From Eledone cirrhosa (Eukaryota): a stretch of 64,000 nt of DNA. Below, piece by piece: positions 25,043-38,683 of this stretch. Numbering within the stretch: position 1 is the first letter of the stretch; the number at the start of each line of letters is the position of its first letter. The notes beneath the pieces were generated by a model. The model worked only from the letters and a program-made list of their open reading frames with translations, was not told the origin of the DNA and did no database searches. A program made the translations under genes and the position numbers. The stretch spans positions 210,366,001 through 210,430,000 of the forward strand of contig OZ024742.1 in assembly GCA_964016885.1 (NCBI GenBank), written 5' to 3'.

Positions 25043-25681
25043 CATCCTTCTAAGTTGTTTACGCCTGGCAGACCAACCCCTTGGGAGATTCTAACCAAAG
25101 GTCAGAGGATATATCTATCCTTCTAACTTCAACCGTTATAAATACAGAGGTTGTTTATGCCCCGGCAGAAAAAGTGTTACCACAGACAAGAATGGACATT
25201 TCACCTACTCTATCAAATCTCCCTTCACAAAAAAAGTCTGTCCACTATTTCTCACATGCCTTACACCCCTGGCTGAGTGATTACTACTACTGCTAAATCA
25301 AGAAAGTATACTAATACGCACACACAGTAAGTTCACACTGCTTGTATTTTTATACGTACCATTTCTGTCACATTGTATCTTTCAGATACAATACAAATTA
25401 TCTTATAATCGTATTCTGTGACACTTTTTTTTACGTGGCTCGAAGAGCCACCAAATTATTGTAGGAATATTTCATGTTATAAATTTTATCATTCAATATT
25501 CACATTGAATATTGTTATAATAAAATAAACTTTGTAACAACACAATCCTGGTATTATTCTTTGCATTGAAACCATCATACCAACAATTCCATCTATTCAC
25601 TTATCTGTTACAACTGACTTATTCACTACACCCCGCACCCCTAAAAACTTTTAATATGTTCTCGTTCCCCTTATATAAGAA

Positions 25682-26592
25682 CTAGATCACCCGTGACCCG
25701 TTGGGTCACGTTCACTTCAAAATGTTTGTTTTAAATCATATTCACTTAAAAATAATTTTTAAATAATTAAAATATACACAGACATGTGAAATGAAACAGG
25801 AAGGCCAATATATATACGTGTGTGTATGTATATATTTGTGCGTGTTTGTATACATATGGAGGTCACCATTATATAGCGAATAGATGTATTCTTTGCTGGA
25901 TGAATGATAAAAAGAATTTTGCAAGAATTGTGATGTTGTTGACAAAGTTTATTTTATAATAATAAAATTCACTTGTTGGTACATCAAATATTGAGTAATA
26001 AAATCATGACAGTAATTATCACTACATTAATTGTCTCACTAGCTACTTCGAGCTAGCGTGAATGCATGTATCAAATAAAACGATACAGTAGTTGTGTTGT
26101 ATTTTACAGTAGTAAAGAAATGACAGCAAGTCGAAAGGATAAAGTGTAGTAGGGAACAATATAAGGAAACCTACTCTGTGTGTGTGCGTTAATCCTTAGC
26201 ATACTTGGTTTCTGTAGTAGTGGTGAATCTGTCGAGCTGGTATGAAATGTGAGAGAATAGTAACTAAAAGACTGTATTCGTGAAGAGAAATTCATAGCGT
26301 TATCAGGACTGTTCTTCTTCCGTCTGTGTTAATAACTATCTCTGGTCCGGTTCTCAAAGCGATTGTATTTATAATAATACTATAGGATGTGTATATGGTT
26401 TTTGAAACAATAGTAGCCGTGTGTGTTTCGTCGGTCAAGCGGTATATACATTTATCATAGTTGTCTTTTGACAGAACAATGGTGAGAATTCCTAACAATA
26501 GGTGGTTTTAGAGGCGAGAGATTTTAGATTCGATTTTGAATGTTCGCCAGATAAAACATAGTAGAATTCTGTTACACATATATATGTATGTA

Positions 26593-26623
<31 letters not shown>

Positions 26624-26908
26624 GTGGGTGTCATAGACACACACATATATGCACAACAACACCACCAGCTCTCTTCCATTCTCCTTCTCTGTCTCCTCCC
26701 CCTCTCTCTATGTCTCTCTTTCAATCTAATCTGTCACAACTCTCTCGGGAACCCATGGTACGATTTACGTGAAACTTGTTTTATTCCATTTGTATTCCCA
26801 TTTCAGGGTTAACTTCCTTTCAAAGTATTTTCCCATTATGCATCCTTTTGGCTGTATTACATTACAGACAAGCAAGCAAATAATTACAGACTTTTAGTAT
26901 TATATAGA
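25682..26908 (-). mobile_element. Non-autonomous Helitron
   Basis: Minus strand 5' A|TCTATATAATACTAAAAG...; 3' hairpin CGTGACCCAACGGGTCACG followed by CTAG|T; no TSD. Confidence 0.82.
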
Positions 26909-26953
26909 TAAAGGCGAAGGTGACTGAAACAAATTTGTATAATCAATTTTTAA

Positions 26954-27771
26954 TCTTCTATATACATAAATGGCAATTTCTGTCTGTTTGTTTGTTTTGT
27001 GAACCTAAAACTCAAAAATTACCAAACCGATCTTGATGAAACTTGACACGTGTGTGGGGCTCATGCCCATTTGATTTTTTACGTATATTTCATTTTAATG
27101 AAAGGGTACCCCTGGGGGCTCGAACCCCCGCTGAAAATGTTTTCCCTTCGATTTATATGAAGTTTAAACCATAGGTAAAGAACAAGATATGATGCCTATT
27201 CACAAATTTCAGCAAATTTCAATAATATTAAGACACCCTAATGGGGGTTAAACCCCCTATAGTGAAAATTTGGCCAATAAATGGAACAAGATTTCACGAT
27301 CACCTCCTATGGTTTTGGAGATAGACTCCCATAACCATATATATTCTGAAACTACATTGCTCAGGGTACTTGGATAAGTATATTTCATTTTAATCAAAGG
27401 GTTCCCCGGGGCCACAAAACCCCCCGCTGAAAATTGTTTCCCTTCGATTTATATGAAATTTAAACCATAGGTAAATGACAAGATATGATGCCTATTCACA
27501 AAATTTCAGCATATTTCAATAATATTAAAACACCCTAATGGGGTTTCTATTTTTTTCCTTATAGCAACACTCAACTTCTGACAAACATTTTTCCGCCTGA
27601 CCAATGCAATCAACAATATTTGTTTGTATTATTGTTTCGTAAAGGAATTTGTCTTCGCTTTTGATTATCAGTCCTATATTTTGATTTCATCTTTGGTCTG
27701 AGAGGCATTGGGCATTTTAATGAGAAATGGGAATACCCCCGCTCCCGGGTATTATCGGGTACCTCAGCTAG
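26954..27771 (+). mobile_element. Non-autonomous Helitron
   Basis: 5' A|TCTTCTATATACATAAATG; degenerate 3' hairpin CCCGGGTATTATCGGG then CTAG|T; internal ~165-bp duplication (near 27083 and 27378). Confidence 0.78.
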
Positions 27772-27924
27772 TAATATATAAACAAAAATGAAACATATGG
27801 AAAAGAAAAAATATTTCAACAAACTAAAAGTTACATAACCTCACAGAAAAATTAAATTTTCATCCATGCATGAAATTTCTTTTAAAAAATTAAAGAACTA
27901 ATGTTCAAATGTTCATAAGCCAAT

Positions 27925-29691
27925 TTAAATATAATGACTCTTTTGTTCCTGTTTATTACTTAAGAGTTTTTCAAAACGTGACACTTTGTTGCTGATAGCA
28001 ATCCGCATGTCTGCCTGTCCACCCAAACGATTTCTAGATTTTGTCTTGATTGACAAAAGGCCACTAAATCCAGACTCGCATAAGTATGATGTCACAAATG
28101 GGATGAGCACATTTAGTGCTTTTTCACAAAGTCTTGAAAACATATCCATTGCTGAACACCAATATTATACCAAAGTTTTGATTTCAAACTGCATTTCAAG
28201 AACACGATTTGTGTGGAGTTCAATAAGATCTTTCTTCAGCTCTTCATCATCCAATATATCCAAATTGAAGTAGTATGGATTTATAATCTATTCTTCAGAA
28301 GTTTCCAATTCTCCTCCTCCAACATATCCATCAAATGACTTTGATAGTATATCCAAATGATCCACAATTTCTTCACACACACTTGGAATTAGGGACTCTT
28401 CGTCATCAACCATTTTTTCAAGTGATGGAAAATTTGAAAGATTCCCTTTTTTTAACTCATCGACACCAAAGATGTAACTTTTCTTGGAAAGCATTTAACT
28501 TTTCACAGCATTTCAATATGTTTCTGTTTTTCCCTTGAATAGATCACTCAGGTTATTCATATGAGTGAAAATATCACTCAAATAAGCTAGCATTTGGTTG
28601 AATTCTTGTGATTCCATTTCTTTGGGCAGATCATAGTTACATTCCTTCAGAAAAGCTTTGACTTCTCGCAGTTTGAAAAAGTGCATTAAAGCTCTCCCAT
28701 GTGTCAGTGGACTTCTGTGTGGAAAAGCAAAACTGAATGCTCACTTCCAAAATCTTCACAAAGAGACTTAAGAGGCAGTGGTTCAGACCCCTAATCCAGT
28801 TGATGGTCTTCACAGAAGTGTCAAGGACCTTTTTCAACTGTTGAGGCAATGTTTTTGATGCTAAAGCATGTTTGATGAAGAAAACAGTGGGTGCAGGTGC
28901 AGAATCTCTTGTTTCATCAGTGCAAAAAATCCTGATTTATTTCCCAGCATAGCAGGGGCACCGTCGGTACACACAGAACCAATAATTTGGATATCTAAGT
29001 CATATTTCACAAAGAAGTCCTTCACACACTGGAAGACATCTTTTCCTTTTGTGTTTGTTTTCAGATCTTCACAGAACAGGAAATATTCCATTATGACACC
29101 CTCATGGAGATACCTCACTAATGCGATGAGTTGACTGCAATTTGCAACTTCAGTTGTTTCGTCCAACTGGAGAGAGATTTTCAAGGGACTAGCCCTGATA
29201 TCTGCAATAACTTGGTCCAAAATGTCCAAACTCAAATCACCAATTTGGCTCTGAATAACGTTATTTGATAACGGCACTAATTTAAGCTTGTTTGAGGCTT
29301 CTTTTCCCTGAACAATTGATGCCATTTCTAATGCACACGGTTTTATCACTTCTTCTGTAATTGTATGGTTCTTCTTGGATTTGGCTACTTTATACGCCAT
29401 GTGGTATGAAGCCATTAGCAGTAGTTTGTCAGTAGATATAAAACATCATTTTAAAAGAGTTGCTCGAGGATCAAAGTGGGCCCTTTTAGCTTTCAATGAT
29501 TCAACATCATGGCCTGCAACATCTGCTCCACCATACCAGTTGTTGAAGTGTTCCTGCAGCTTAGATGTCTTCAAATTTGCGTTTGAAAAGACAGCGTAAC
29601 AAAACTGGGCGTTTTGCAGATCTTCAGTTGTTCCGGTACAAGTGAAACCAAACTGCACATAATCATCATTCCATTTCCTTTTCTTTAACAT
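27925..29691 (-). pseudogene. Frameshifted Buster-type hAT transposase
   Basis: KRKWNDDYVQFGF, PLSNNVIQ, SLQLDETT, CTDGAPAMLG, PFVTSYLCESGFS and KTKSRNRL...DMRIA across several frames. Confidence 0.9.
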
Positions 29692-31076
29692 AATGAAGGG
29701 TTAATTGTTAATGTAAGAATTATAATCTGAAAAAAATATGGATAAAGTTGATTACAAACCACGAAACAAGTTTGACCCCCATTTTAAATGACCTGATTAA
29801 AAAAAAAGTTATAGGGCAATGCCATTTAAAAGAAAACAGCATGTTAAAACGTGCTAAAATTCATAGAGAACCTCATTCTATGTCAGTCTTGTATTAAAGC
29901 GAAATTGGTCTTCGTTAGCTATAAGCAGCATTTCTATCAAAAAGAGTATGAAAGAGAGCGGTGCTGCTGGAAACAAATATGTATACACATTTGTTTCCAG
30001 CAGCATGGCTCGTTTTCAGTCTCATATTGTTTCTAATTTCTTTACAGTGGTCTGAGTAACCTTGTTTTTATATTAAAATAGATCCAGCTGGGACTCCAGT
30101 TCTCTATTCCCCCATGAGGACAGTACCCTTAACAAAAAAACTGAAATGTTATCTCGTACCGCCTGAAATGCTATCTCACACCCCTGGTTGGGAAACCTTG
30201 CTATAATAAAACATCTGAACAAACTCAGCTGTCCTTGCCATCTTTAACCCCTTGGTTTTGAAATATTAAAAAACACCAGCTTGACCAGCTAAAATAGCAG
30301 TCAAATCACTCCCTACTGTCTAAAAAATAGAACACAGAGAATAATCGTCATCGTTTAACGTCCATTTTCCACGCTAGCATGAGTAAGGTGGGCTGTCCTT
30401 TTGTGAGAGATCATGTCGAAGGACTGCACCATATTTCACTCACACTGAACTGATTTGGGCTTGGATTCTATGGCTGGATGCTATTCCTAACGCCAACCTC
30501 ATTTACAGTGTGTGCTGGGTGCTTTTTATCGTGACACCTACACGACCACTTTATAGTGTGGACTGGGCACTTTTGTCGTGGCTCCAGGAGGACTACATTA
30601 TGATGTGGGTTGGGGACTTGGGTGGGGGTGTGATGATTACAGCAAGGAAGGGGAGAGGGTATGGAAGGTGTTACATACTAGATATATGCCTCAGCTCAAA
30701 CATATAGAAATGTAGTCTAAAAAAAAGATGTAATGGTTGTAGCTGGAAAGCTTTTCGTCATATAATCTGCTCGTTCAGACTTGGTGATAAACAGCAATAA
30801 CTTGCCAACAAGGGAGCCTCTATCTGTTGGAAATAACATCCAAATCTCCCTCCAACCACAGCCTACCATCATAAAAAGAAATCACAGATTAATGTGATCC
30901 AGGGTACATGTTGGAATCCCTTTTATCATAGGGCTTGTCTGGGACTAAAGAGCAACTAATAGATAAACACACATGTGCATATAAGCCAGTTTTTTTTGTT
31001 TTTTTTTATATTTTAACGTGGAAGATAGACGTTAAACAGTGACAATGATGATTTAAATGGTTTATTTCTTTATTAG

Positions 31077-31178
31077 CTCAACAGAAGTTGTCTTCTGAAG
31101 CAGTTTTCTATACAAGCTCCTCGCCTCAAACCGTATGTGGCCAAAAAGAAGTCGTCTCCTTCAGGATATGTACTCTTG
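31077..31178 (+). CDS. SURF1: SURF1 exon 2
   Basis: TTTATTAG acceptor, TTG|GTAAGA donor; LNRSCLLKQFSIQAPRLKPYVAKKKSSPSGYVLL leads into the first TM helix. Confidence 0.8.
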
Positions 31179-32493
31179 GTAAGACCTTTTTGTATCTTAT
31201 GAAGTGGTAAAGTGACTAAATGGATAAATTATTGGACTTTAAAATCATAGTTTAAGTTAATATCTACAGTAGTCACTTCATTGTGTATTTGTGCAGTAGA
31301 TTTAATTCTATGTATCAAACTGTTGGGAATAGATATTAGATCATCTGTGGGACAACTTTACCTATGATAAGTTAATATATACTATCAATGAATAATATTT
31401 ATCTGTCATCAAAACTGTATCTCTTTCTACAGCACAAAGTCAATCATTACACATGCAGAATGTACAAATAAAAGCCTTGAAGTTACTACAAATGTTAAAC
31501 CTCACAATTTCTGATATTATCTCATCGTGATCTCGCATAGAATTGCCAAAATTATATTCAAAAGACTAGGCTCTATCTTCAGGTCAAGAAAATACTTCAA
31601 TGCATGAATAGGACCCAGAACTCTTTGTAACAATGCTGCTGTGACACACTGAAACATAGATTGTATCTAAAAGAAAACCATTCTTCTGATTGGCAAACAT
31701 TTACTTATTTACATGTTACTATCACTGATATGCTGTTTCTTCTCTCTTCTACCACTACTAAACTAGCTAACTGCTCACCTCCTCCACCGAAGCCCAACAG
31801 ACACCTCTCTCTCTTCCTGTCACTTCTACTATGTCTGACAGCGAAAATCTTGCATTAAACACTTTCCTCAGACATGGCTACTTTCTGACATTGACAAAAA
31901 GACATTCAAATTGAATACCAAGCACATCAATCTCATGAAGATAGAGGAGAATCAAAGCTATAAGCATTACACGTGTTTTTTGTTTTTTTTGCTAAACCTG
32001 AAAACTGGAGCTGAACAAATTTCTTATAAGCCCCTCAAGGATTTGAAGAATTCTTTTGTATTCTATAAAAAGTGTAAAATACATTATACATAATCACTAA
32101 TGTGTCTGTCACCATTAAATTGTATTAGTGTTTAACAATGATAATAATTGCAATTATTATTATCATAATATTTCATCCTTACGGGGTCGATAAAATAAAG
32201 TACCAGTAATGCACTGGGTAATTGCTGGCCTTGTGCCTAAAGTAGAAACAATTATTATCATAATATTATTTAATTTTCTTTGTTAAAAGGAATGATTTTT
32301 TAAATTCGTTAACTCAAAGTGAAGACTATGTCCATACACATTTTTGGCTTCCTTGGAATATAGGATAGGAATAACTGGCTAAGGTTAATGAGATTGATTT
32401 TCAAGTTGCATTGTTAAGAATTGATGCATGTGGTGGTGGTGGAGGGGACATAAGTATAGCAGTAATTGTTTTATTTCATTTTATTTTTTCCAG

Positions 32494-32615
32494 ATAATTC
32501 CTATAACAACCTTTGGCCTTGGAACATGGCAAATTCAGCGTCGAGAATGGAAGCTTGGCTTAATTAAGATGCTTGAGGAGCGTACTATGACAGATCCTGT
32601 TGCTCTACCTAAAAA
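32494..32615 (+). CDS. SURF1: SURF1 exon 3
   Basis: [39 protein letters not shown]; SURF1 signature FGLGTWQxxRxxWK; canonical splice sites. Confidence 0.97.
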
Positions 32616-33002
32616 GTAAAGCATATATTTTGCTTCATACTTAATTTTGTGATTGAGTTAAATATGGCCGAGAATGTACTTAATGAACTTGAGTAATGGG
32701 TTAAGTGCATGTGCATTAGAAAATCAACTGGTAGTAAAAAGGTATATGGTTCATATAAGCAGAAGTGGGAACTGCATAATTGATACAAATAGTGTTGCTG
32801 ATTCAAAACTTTTTATAGTTGGTAGTATAGAGAACACAAGGTAGAAATAGGCTATAAAAATGTTGGATGATATTTAAGAATTTATCTTTTTTGGTCTAAG
32901 AAGATATCTGCCTGCTGGTAGATTACTCTACAAGATGAGTTTAACTTGGAATTACTCTATATTTACTATTGTATTTTCATGGTATAGGCTTTATCTCACA
33001 AT

Positions 33003-33144
33003 ATTGAATCTATGAGATTTTGATATTATTTATTTTGAGAACAATACCTTAACATAAGTGTGAGTATCCAGTTACAGCCAGTTTGAACAGAAAGAGGTGA
33101 GAGAATTCTGGCTGGATATGGCCAGTTTAAATGCTAAAGGGTTA
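33003..33144. mobile_element. piggyBac-like non-autonomous element end (second copy)
   Basis: About 140 bp similar to 2535-2673, terminating in GGG|TTAA. Confidence 0.55.
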
Positions 33145-33439
33145 ATGAGAGTTGATCTTACAGAGCAGATAATGAAGGAATGTGACAGGTGGAACAAAGT
33201 TGGGTTGGAGAAGTCTTATCCAACCCATGGAAGTATGAAAAGGCAGATGTAAAAAGGATGAAAGGTTGAATAAATCAGTCACTATGGATTGATTGTAATA
33301 ACTTTGTTACATTGTTGGGAGCACAAATATAAATGTCCAACTCGAATATTAAAAAAAAAAGAAATTAATACATTTTAAAAGTAGACAAAAATAGTCAAGC
33401 AAGAATATTGCTATGACACTAAGGTCCCATCAGGGCAGT

Positions 33440-34202
33440 GGTCCAGTTTGATATGCAGAAAAGGAGTATTCAGACTCTATACAATGTAAACAATGCACAT
33501 CTTGGGTATGTGAGAGGTGTAATGGGATAGCAGGCAGACTAACAAGAAAGGAAAACTTTGTATTTAATAAATGCACAAGGGTAATGGATAGTAAGAGCAT
33601 CAACGATATAAACTGTTTCCAATCACATAAAGGATCCATAGAAGTGGTTGATAGCTTCTGCTACCTAGGTGATTTAATTGGCCATGGAGGAGAGTGCTAC
33701 AATAAAGATAGGATGGAAGAAGTTTAGAGAGCTACTCCCTCTGTTGACAACAAAAAGCTTCTTCCTACAAACAAAAGGACTGCAGTGTGATGTTGCATGG
33801 TAGTGAAACATGGGCAATGACTGCAGAGGATAAGTGGAGGCTGTAGAGAAACAAAGCAAGCATGTTTCAATGGATGTGTAATGCTAATGTGAGCAAATGG
33901 CAGAGCTTTGCACTGAGAGAAAAACTGAGTTTAAGAGGAATCAGAAGTAGTGTTCAAAAGGGAAGATAGCTGGTATAGACATAGATTATGATTGCTGGGT
34001 GAAGAATTGCCAAGAAATCCCAATAGAAGGAAGCCACAGTAGAGAAAGACTTGGGTGGAGGGGGTAAGAGAGCTGATCTCAAATCCCTGAAATTCACATA
34101 GGAGATAACAAAGGAATGTGATGTGTGGAGAGATGCTGTGCTGAAAACGACCCGTCCAACCCATGCAAATATGGAAAAGCGGATGTAAAAATGATGATGA
34201 TA
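33440..34202 (+). mobile_element. Degraded RTE LINE 3' portion
   Basis: Remnants of GSIEVVDSFCYLGD and GWKKFRELLPLL; ends ACCCATGCAAATATGGAAAAGCGGATGTAAAAATGATGATGA. Confidence 0.8.
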
Positions 34203-34577
34203 AATGTGTCTGTGTGTTCATTAAAATTAACTGAGAGAGAGTGAGTGAACAAGAGTTGGCATACTGGGCCATGTCATAAACAGACATAATATCATGTGGA
34301 TGTGGCAACAACTCTATAATGAAATTGACAAGCTGTTTAGAAGAGATTTATTGGGGTTGATTTTTCTTCTATATTTCTTTCTCACTTTCTCTCTCAAAGA
34401 AATTGGCTGTGCTTAACCTGGAGAAGGATGGGCTCAGCCAGGTTTTAAATGCTCGAGATACATTGTATGTTACTACAGGGCCTCTATAACTTGATCAAGA
34501 ATTATGGACCCATACATACAATTTTTATGATTTTAGTTTCTTTGTTCATTGCTATATTTTATTTTGTTTTCTTTTAG

Positions 34578-34766
34578 TCTTGATGAACTTGAAAATTTTG
34601 AATATCGCAGAATCAGGGTGAAAGGAAGATTCATACACAAGGATGAGTTTGCAATAGGACCTCGATCTAACATTGTTAGTGAAGGTGGACAAGGTTTAGT
34701 GACTCGTGATGCTGTTAAGAACGTTGGCATGAACATCATAACTCCATTTAAATTGTCAGACCAAGA
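34578..34766 (+). CDS. SURF1: SURF1 exon 4
   Basis: LDELENFEYRRIRVKGRFIHKDEFAIGPRS...GMNIITPFKLSDQ; EYRxVxVxGxF and ITPF motifs; phase 2/2. Confidence 0.95.
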
Positions 34767-35069
34767 GTAAGATATTATTTTGTTTTATTAACCTAAAGAG
34801 ATTTTTTTTATCATTCAGTCATATTTAAACCTGGTTGAGTCCATACCTCTCCGATTTCTTCCAGAGAAGTGAGACATAGAGGAAGAATCGATTCCAATAG
34901 TTGACTGGTATTTTTTTATTGGCTTCAAAAAAAGGAAAGGTAACATATGTAATTAAATGAAATTACTTAAAATAAAAGATCAACTGAACATTATAGAGGC
35001 ACAATTTGTTTCCACGGTAGACTGAAACTTATTCTTAAAAGATCCCCTTTGGTCATGATGGAACTTGCA

Positions 35070-35357
35070 CCGTGAAAGATTCCCTCCAAGGCACAAGTCC
35101 AGGCAAGTTTGTTTGTGGAAGACCTGCAGTTGCCCATGCTTATCAGTCTTCCTCTCCATGCCACTGATGTTATCCAAGGGAAAGGCAAAGGCCAATACAG
35201 CTTGGCACCAGTGACGTCACAACTTATTTTTACGGCTGGAGTAATGTGAAATGAAGTGTTTTGCTCAAAGACTCAACACACAGCCAGGTCTGGGAATCGA
35301 ACTCACAACCTCACGATTGTAAGCCCAATGCTCTAACTACAAAGCCATGTGCCTTCA
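35070..35357 (-). mobile_element. tRNA-derived SINE (second family)
   Basis: Minus-strand head with GTTCGATTCC B-box and TTGAGCAAAACACTTCA domain; related head at ~5035-5142(-). Confidence 0.65.
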
Positions 35358-36096
35358 CAGTCCCCACACACCCAGAATACATTTACAACACCTAAGAACA
35401 CTATTGCAACAATTAAACAATTATCACCATTGTGGTCACCACTAAAACCTATTGTAATACAATCCAAATCTGCAATTCTTTTGTTCAGTTTCAGATATCT
35501 TTTCTACTTTGAAATTGAAAGTGTTTGTTATATTTTCACTGCACTCAACAATAATCCGACAAAGGAGCCTCTAATGTGGTTTCTCAACTTGCTAGAAAAG
35601 GCAGCCAGATTTCTCTCAAACTACATCCTACAACCTTGAAAAAGGAAGGTTGTAATTTGAATAATAGTCTTGGCTACATTATTTGAAAATAAGCTGACAC
35701 GGTCATAGCCAGAATGCTTTGATCATAGGTCTATTTAAACAGTGTTAGCCTACAGCTCAACAATAACAACAAAATCATAATTAGTGTTTTCCTTAGAGAC
35801 TATTACTGTTCTGGGAAGAATAGTGCTGTCTTTTAAAGCACCCAGAACTACAAAAACACCCATTAGACAACTTATGAGCAGGAATTCTCCATCTCTCCAT
35901 CTTCTCCGTTTTTTTTATCTCTTGTTTGTCTGATGTCTTAATTTTCGATATATATGTATAATGATGATGATGATATATGGGACAGACATGCCCTGTATCA
36001 ACTGTCAGCTGAAAAAATAGATGTTAAAAAATGATTATAATGATTATATTCTTACATTTATACATTCTTAGTTTGTGTTTATTCTCTATTTTTCAG

Positions 36097-36169
36097 TTTG
36101 ATTATTATGGTAAATAGAGGCTGGGTGTCTATGAAAAAAAAATATCCTGTTACCAGAAAAGGAGGACAG
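36097..36169 (+). CDS. SURF1: SURF1 exon 5
   Basis: LIIMVNRGWVSMKKKYPVTRKGGQ with the VNRGWV signature; TTTCAG acceptor, GTAATA donor. Confidence 0.96.
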
Positions 36170-36402
36170 GTAATAGAAATTTTATATCTTGCTTCTATAA
36201 ATGTGAGAGTTTGGCAATATAGGTGGAATTAATTATCTACCTGAGTAAAAAGTAATCATTAAAAATTCTTTGAAACATTCTTTGTTTCAAACAGAACCTT
36301 CATAAAACAAACTTAACAAAATCATCTAATTTTTAATTTTTCATTTCATTTATTGTTCAAATCTGAATTAAAATTTTGCTTAATATAATTTATTCACTTC
36401 AG

Positions 36403-36450
36403 ATAGAAGACGAGGTGGAAATAGTTGGCATTGTACGTCGCACTGACCCT
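36403..36450 (+). CDS. SURF1: SURF1 exon 6
   Basis: IEDEVEIVGIVRRTDP; CTTCAG acceptor, GTAAGT donor; 48 nt, phase 0/0. Confidence 0.93.
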
Positions 36451-37137
36451 GTAAGTAAAATTTATCTATACTTAAATATATGTCTAAAAGTATCTCCATT
36501 AGTAACATGATCTCATATAGGTAGCACTTAATTATTGATTGTGTATTGTTAAGTAGATAAAATGTGTGAACTTTTCCTTGGATATTAGTCTAACAATCCC
36601 TGGAAGATTTAGTATGTATTTCTGATAGACAGTTCTTCATACAGAATCGTTTTTTTTACACATGTGCTTAAAATCTTGAATTTTATTTCTAATTCCGCTG
36701 TTGTTAATTCATATATGATAAGCATAAGAATCATATAATCATAATTTCTTCTCCCATATAAGACTCGGAGGCCTTGTGTTCAGATTAGACTTCAACAATT
36801 ATATGTTAACTATTCATGAAGTCATAGATACAAGACAAGCTATGATATATGTGAAAAATGTTTTGTTAGTTACAAGTTTCCAATAAGCTAATCACTGGTT
36901 CATGACAATGACAGTGACAATGGATTGTTTTTGTGACTTGGACACAACAATACCTCATGAGAATTTTCATTCACTAGCACTGGTGTTTACCTGTTTACTT
37001 TGTTAAAAAATACACACACATGCCAGGCTTCCATACAGTTTCCATCTACCAAATTCTAATAACAAAGCACGGTCAATCCAAGATTATGATAGAAGATACT
37101 TGCCCAAGTTGCTGTACAAATGTGTTTGGACCTGGTG

Positions 37138-38302
37138 TCATCATCATCATCATCATCACCGTTTTACGTCCGTTCTTCCACGCTAGCATGGGTTAGACGG
37201 GTTGTCCTGTTGTGGGCAGTGTCTAGTCGGCTGACCTTGTCTTGCTCATGCAGGAACAGATTCTGGCTTGATTTCTACAGCTGGATGCCCTTCCTAACAC
37301 CAACTTCATTTACAGTAAGTGCTAGATGCTTTTTTTCCGTGGCGCCTACATGTCCACTTTACAGTGTGGGCTGGGTGCTTTTTTGTCGTGGCACCTCCAC
37401 GACCACTTTGCAGTGGGAAGGGTGTGGGGGCATATTGTCTATATGCTTCAGCTTCAGCTTGTTCCCGTGGGAAGTCGGGTCTTCTGTATTACTGCGTGAC
37501 GCCAGAGGTCACGGTCATGTGTGATCGCCCTTGAGAGGTGCAATTGAGTAAGGTCGGCTTTTATCATCTCATCCCAGGTCTTCTTGGGTCTCCCCACTCC
37601 ACAGCTTCCATCGACTTCTAGTGCTCTGCACCTTTTTATGCAGCTGTCATCCTTCATATGCATCACATGTCCATACCAACGCAACCTCCTCTCCTGCACA
37701 CAGCATTTGATTCCTCTTATGTTTAGTCTCTCTTTCAGTTCGTTTATGCTTTGCCGTTCGCGTATATTACTATTACACATCCATCAGAGCATGCAAGCTT
37801 CGTTTCTCTCTAATCTGCGCAAGTCTTCCACAGACAGCGCCCAGGTCTCACTACCATGTAACATTGCTGTTCGTATACGCACATCATACAGTCTGCCTTT
37901 CATTTTGAGGGAAAATCCTTTTGCAGCTAGCAGTGGCAGTAGCTCCCTGAACTTCTTCCAACCCGTTCTTACCCTAGTTATTGTACATTCCGAACACCCA
38001 CTTCCACTGCTAATTCGGTCACCTAAGTAGCAGAAGCTGTCTACTGTTTCTACAGAGCCCTCCCAGAGTTTGGTGGTGTTTGTTTCCTGTGGATGTTGGC
38101 TGCTTGCTGTCCCAGTGCAGCTGCTAAATATGAAGCCTACATTCTTAGTTAAGCTTCCTGAGATCCCACTACATCTCTTGTGTACCCATTGTTTGCATTT
38201 GGGGCAGAGGATGGAGTTCCTACATACTGAGCAAAGCAATTTCCCTGAGGGGATCTGGGTTCTGTGTCTCGTTTACTAACAAGAACCTTAGTCTTTGTCA
38301 GG
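37138..38302 (-). mobile_element. RTE LINE 3' fragment
   Basis: PHD-like Cys cluster, AMLHGSETW, RRLRWYGHV, 3' UTR and (GAT)n tail. Confidence 0.9.
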
Positions 38303-38565
38303 TATATATTTATTTACTACACCACATCAGCCAAATATATCGTTAATAGCAATGTAATGAAATCTGGAACTGCATAGTTGCTAACATCTTCACTACACAG
38401 CCATTCCTCCACCTCTAACTACAGTCACTCCCTACTTTCCTCCATAACTCCACAAACATACCTCCCCTCTCCTTAACCATACAATAATACTTTTCCTTTT
38501 CCTAAGGAATGAAAATTTGATTAAAATGTTGATTTATATCATTTTATCTTTTTATCTTTCTATAG

Positions 38566-38683
38566 CAAAAAATGATGACCCCAAGTAATGATCCTAAAAA
38601 CCATGGCTACTGGATGACACGAGATATAGAGGCTATGGCAGAGGCTTGTGGAAGCTCACCAGTCTTCATTGATGCAGATATCC
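38566..38683 (+). CDS. SURF1: SURF1 exon 7
   Basis: QKMMTPSNDPKNHGYWMTRDIEAMAEACGSSPVFIDADI; WxxRDxxAMA and PxFIDA motifs; canonical sites. Confidence 0.95.

Larger units (their letters stand above)
16867..25630. mobile_element. Solo-LTR-like TGTA...TACA element (about 750 bp once the nested Gypsy is removed)
   Basis: Starts TGTAAC, ends ACTACA; internal repeats GTTGTTTACRCCYGGCAGA; flanked by a 39-bp direct repeat of hAT sequence. Confidence 0.55.
16804..30200 (-). mobile_element. Buster/Charlie-type hAT transposon carrying nested insertions
   Basis: Termini CAGTGGTTCCCAACC (16804) and GGTTGGGAAACCTTG (30200); TSD TTATAATA / CTATAATA (7 of 8 match); broken transposase at 27925-29691. Confidence 0.85.

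Noticed and set aside
31825-31880. Minus-strand CTGAGGA...GTC-AGACAT hammerhead remnant
   Set aside because: The GAAA half of the core is missing; at best a decayed relic.
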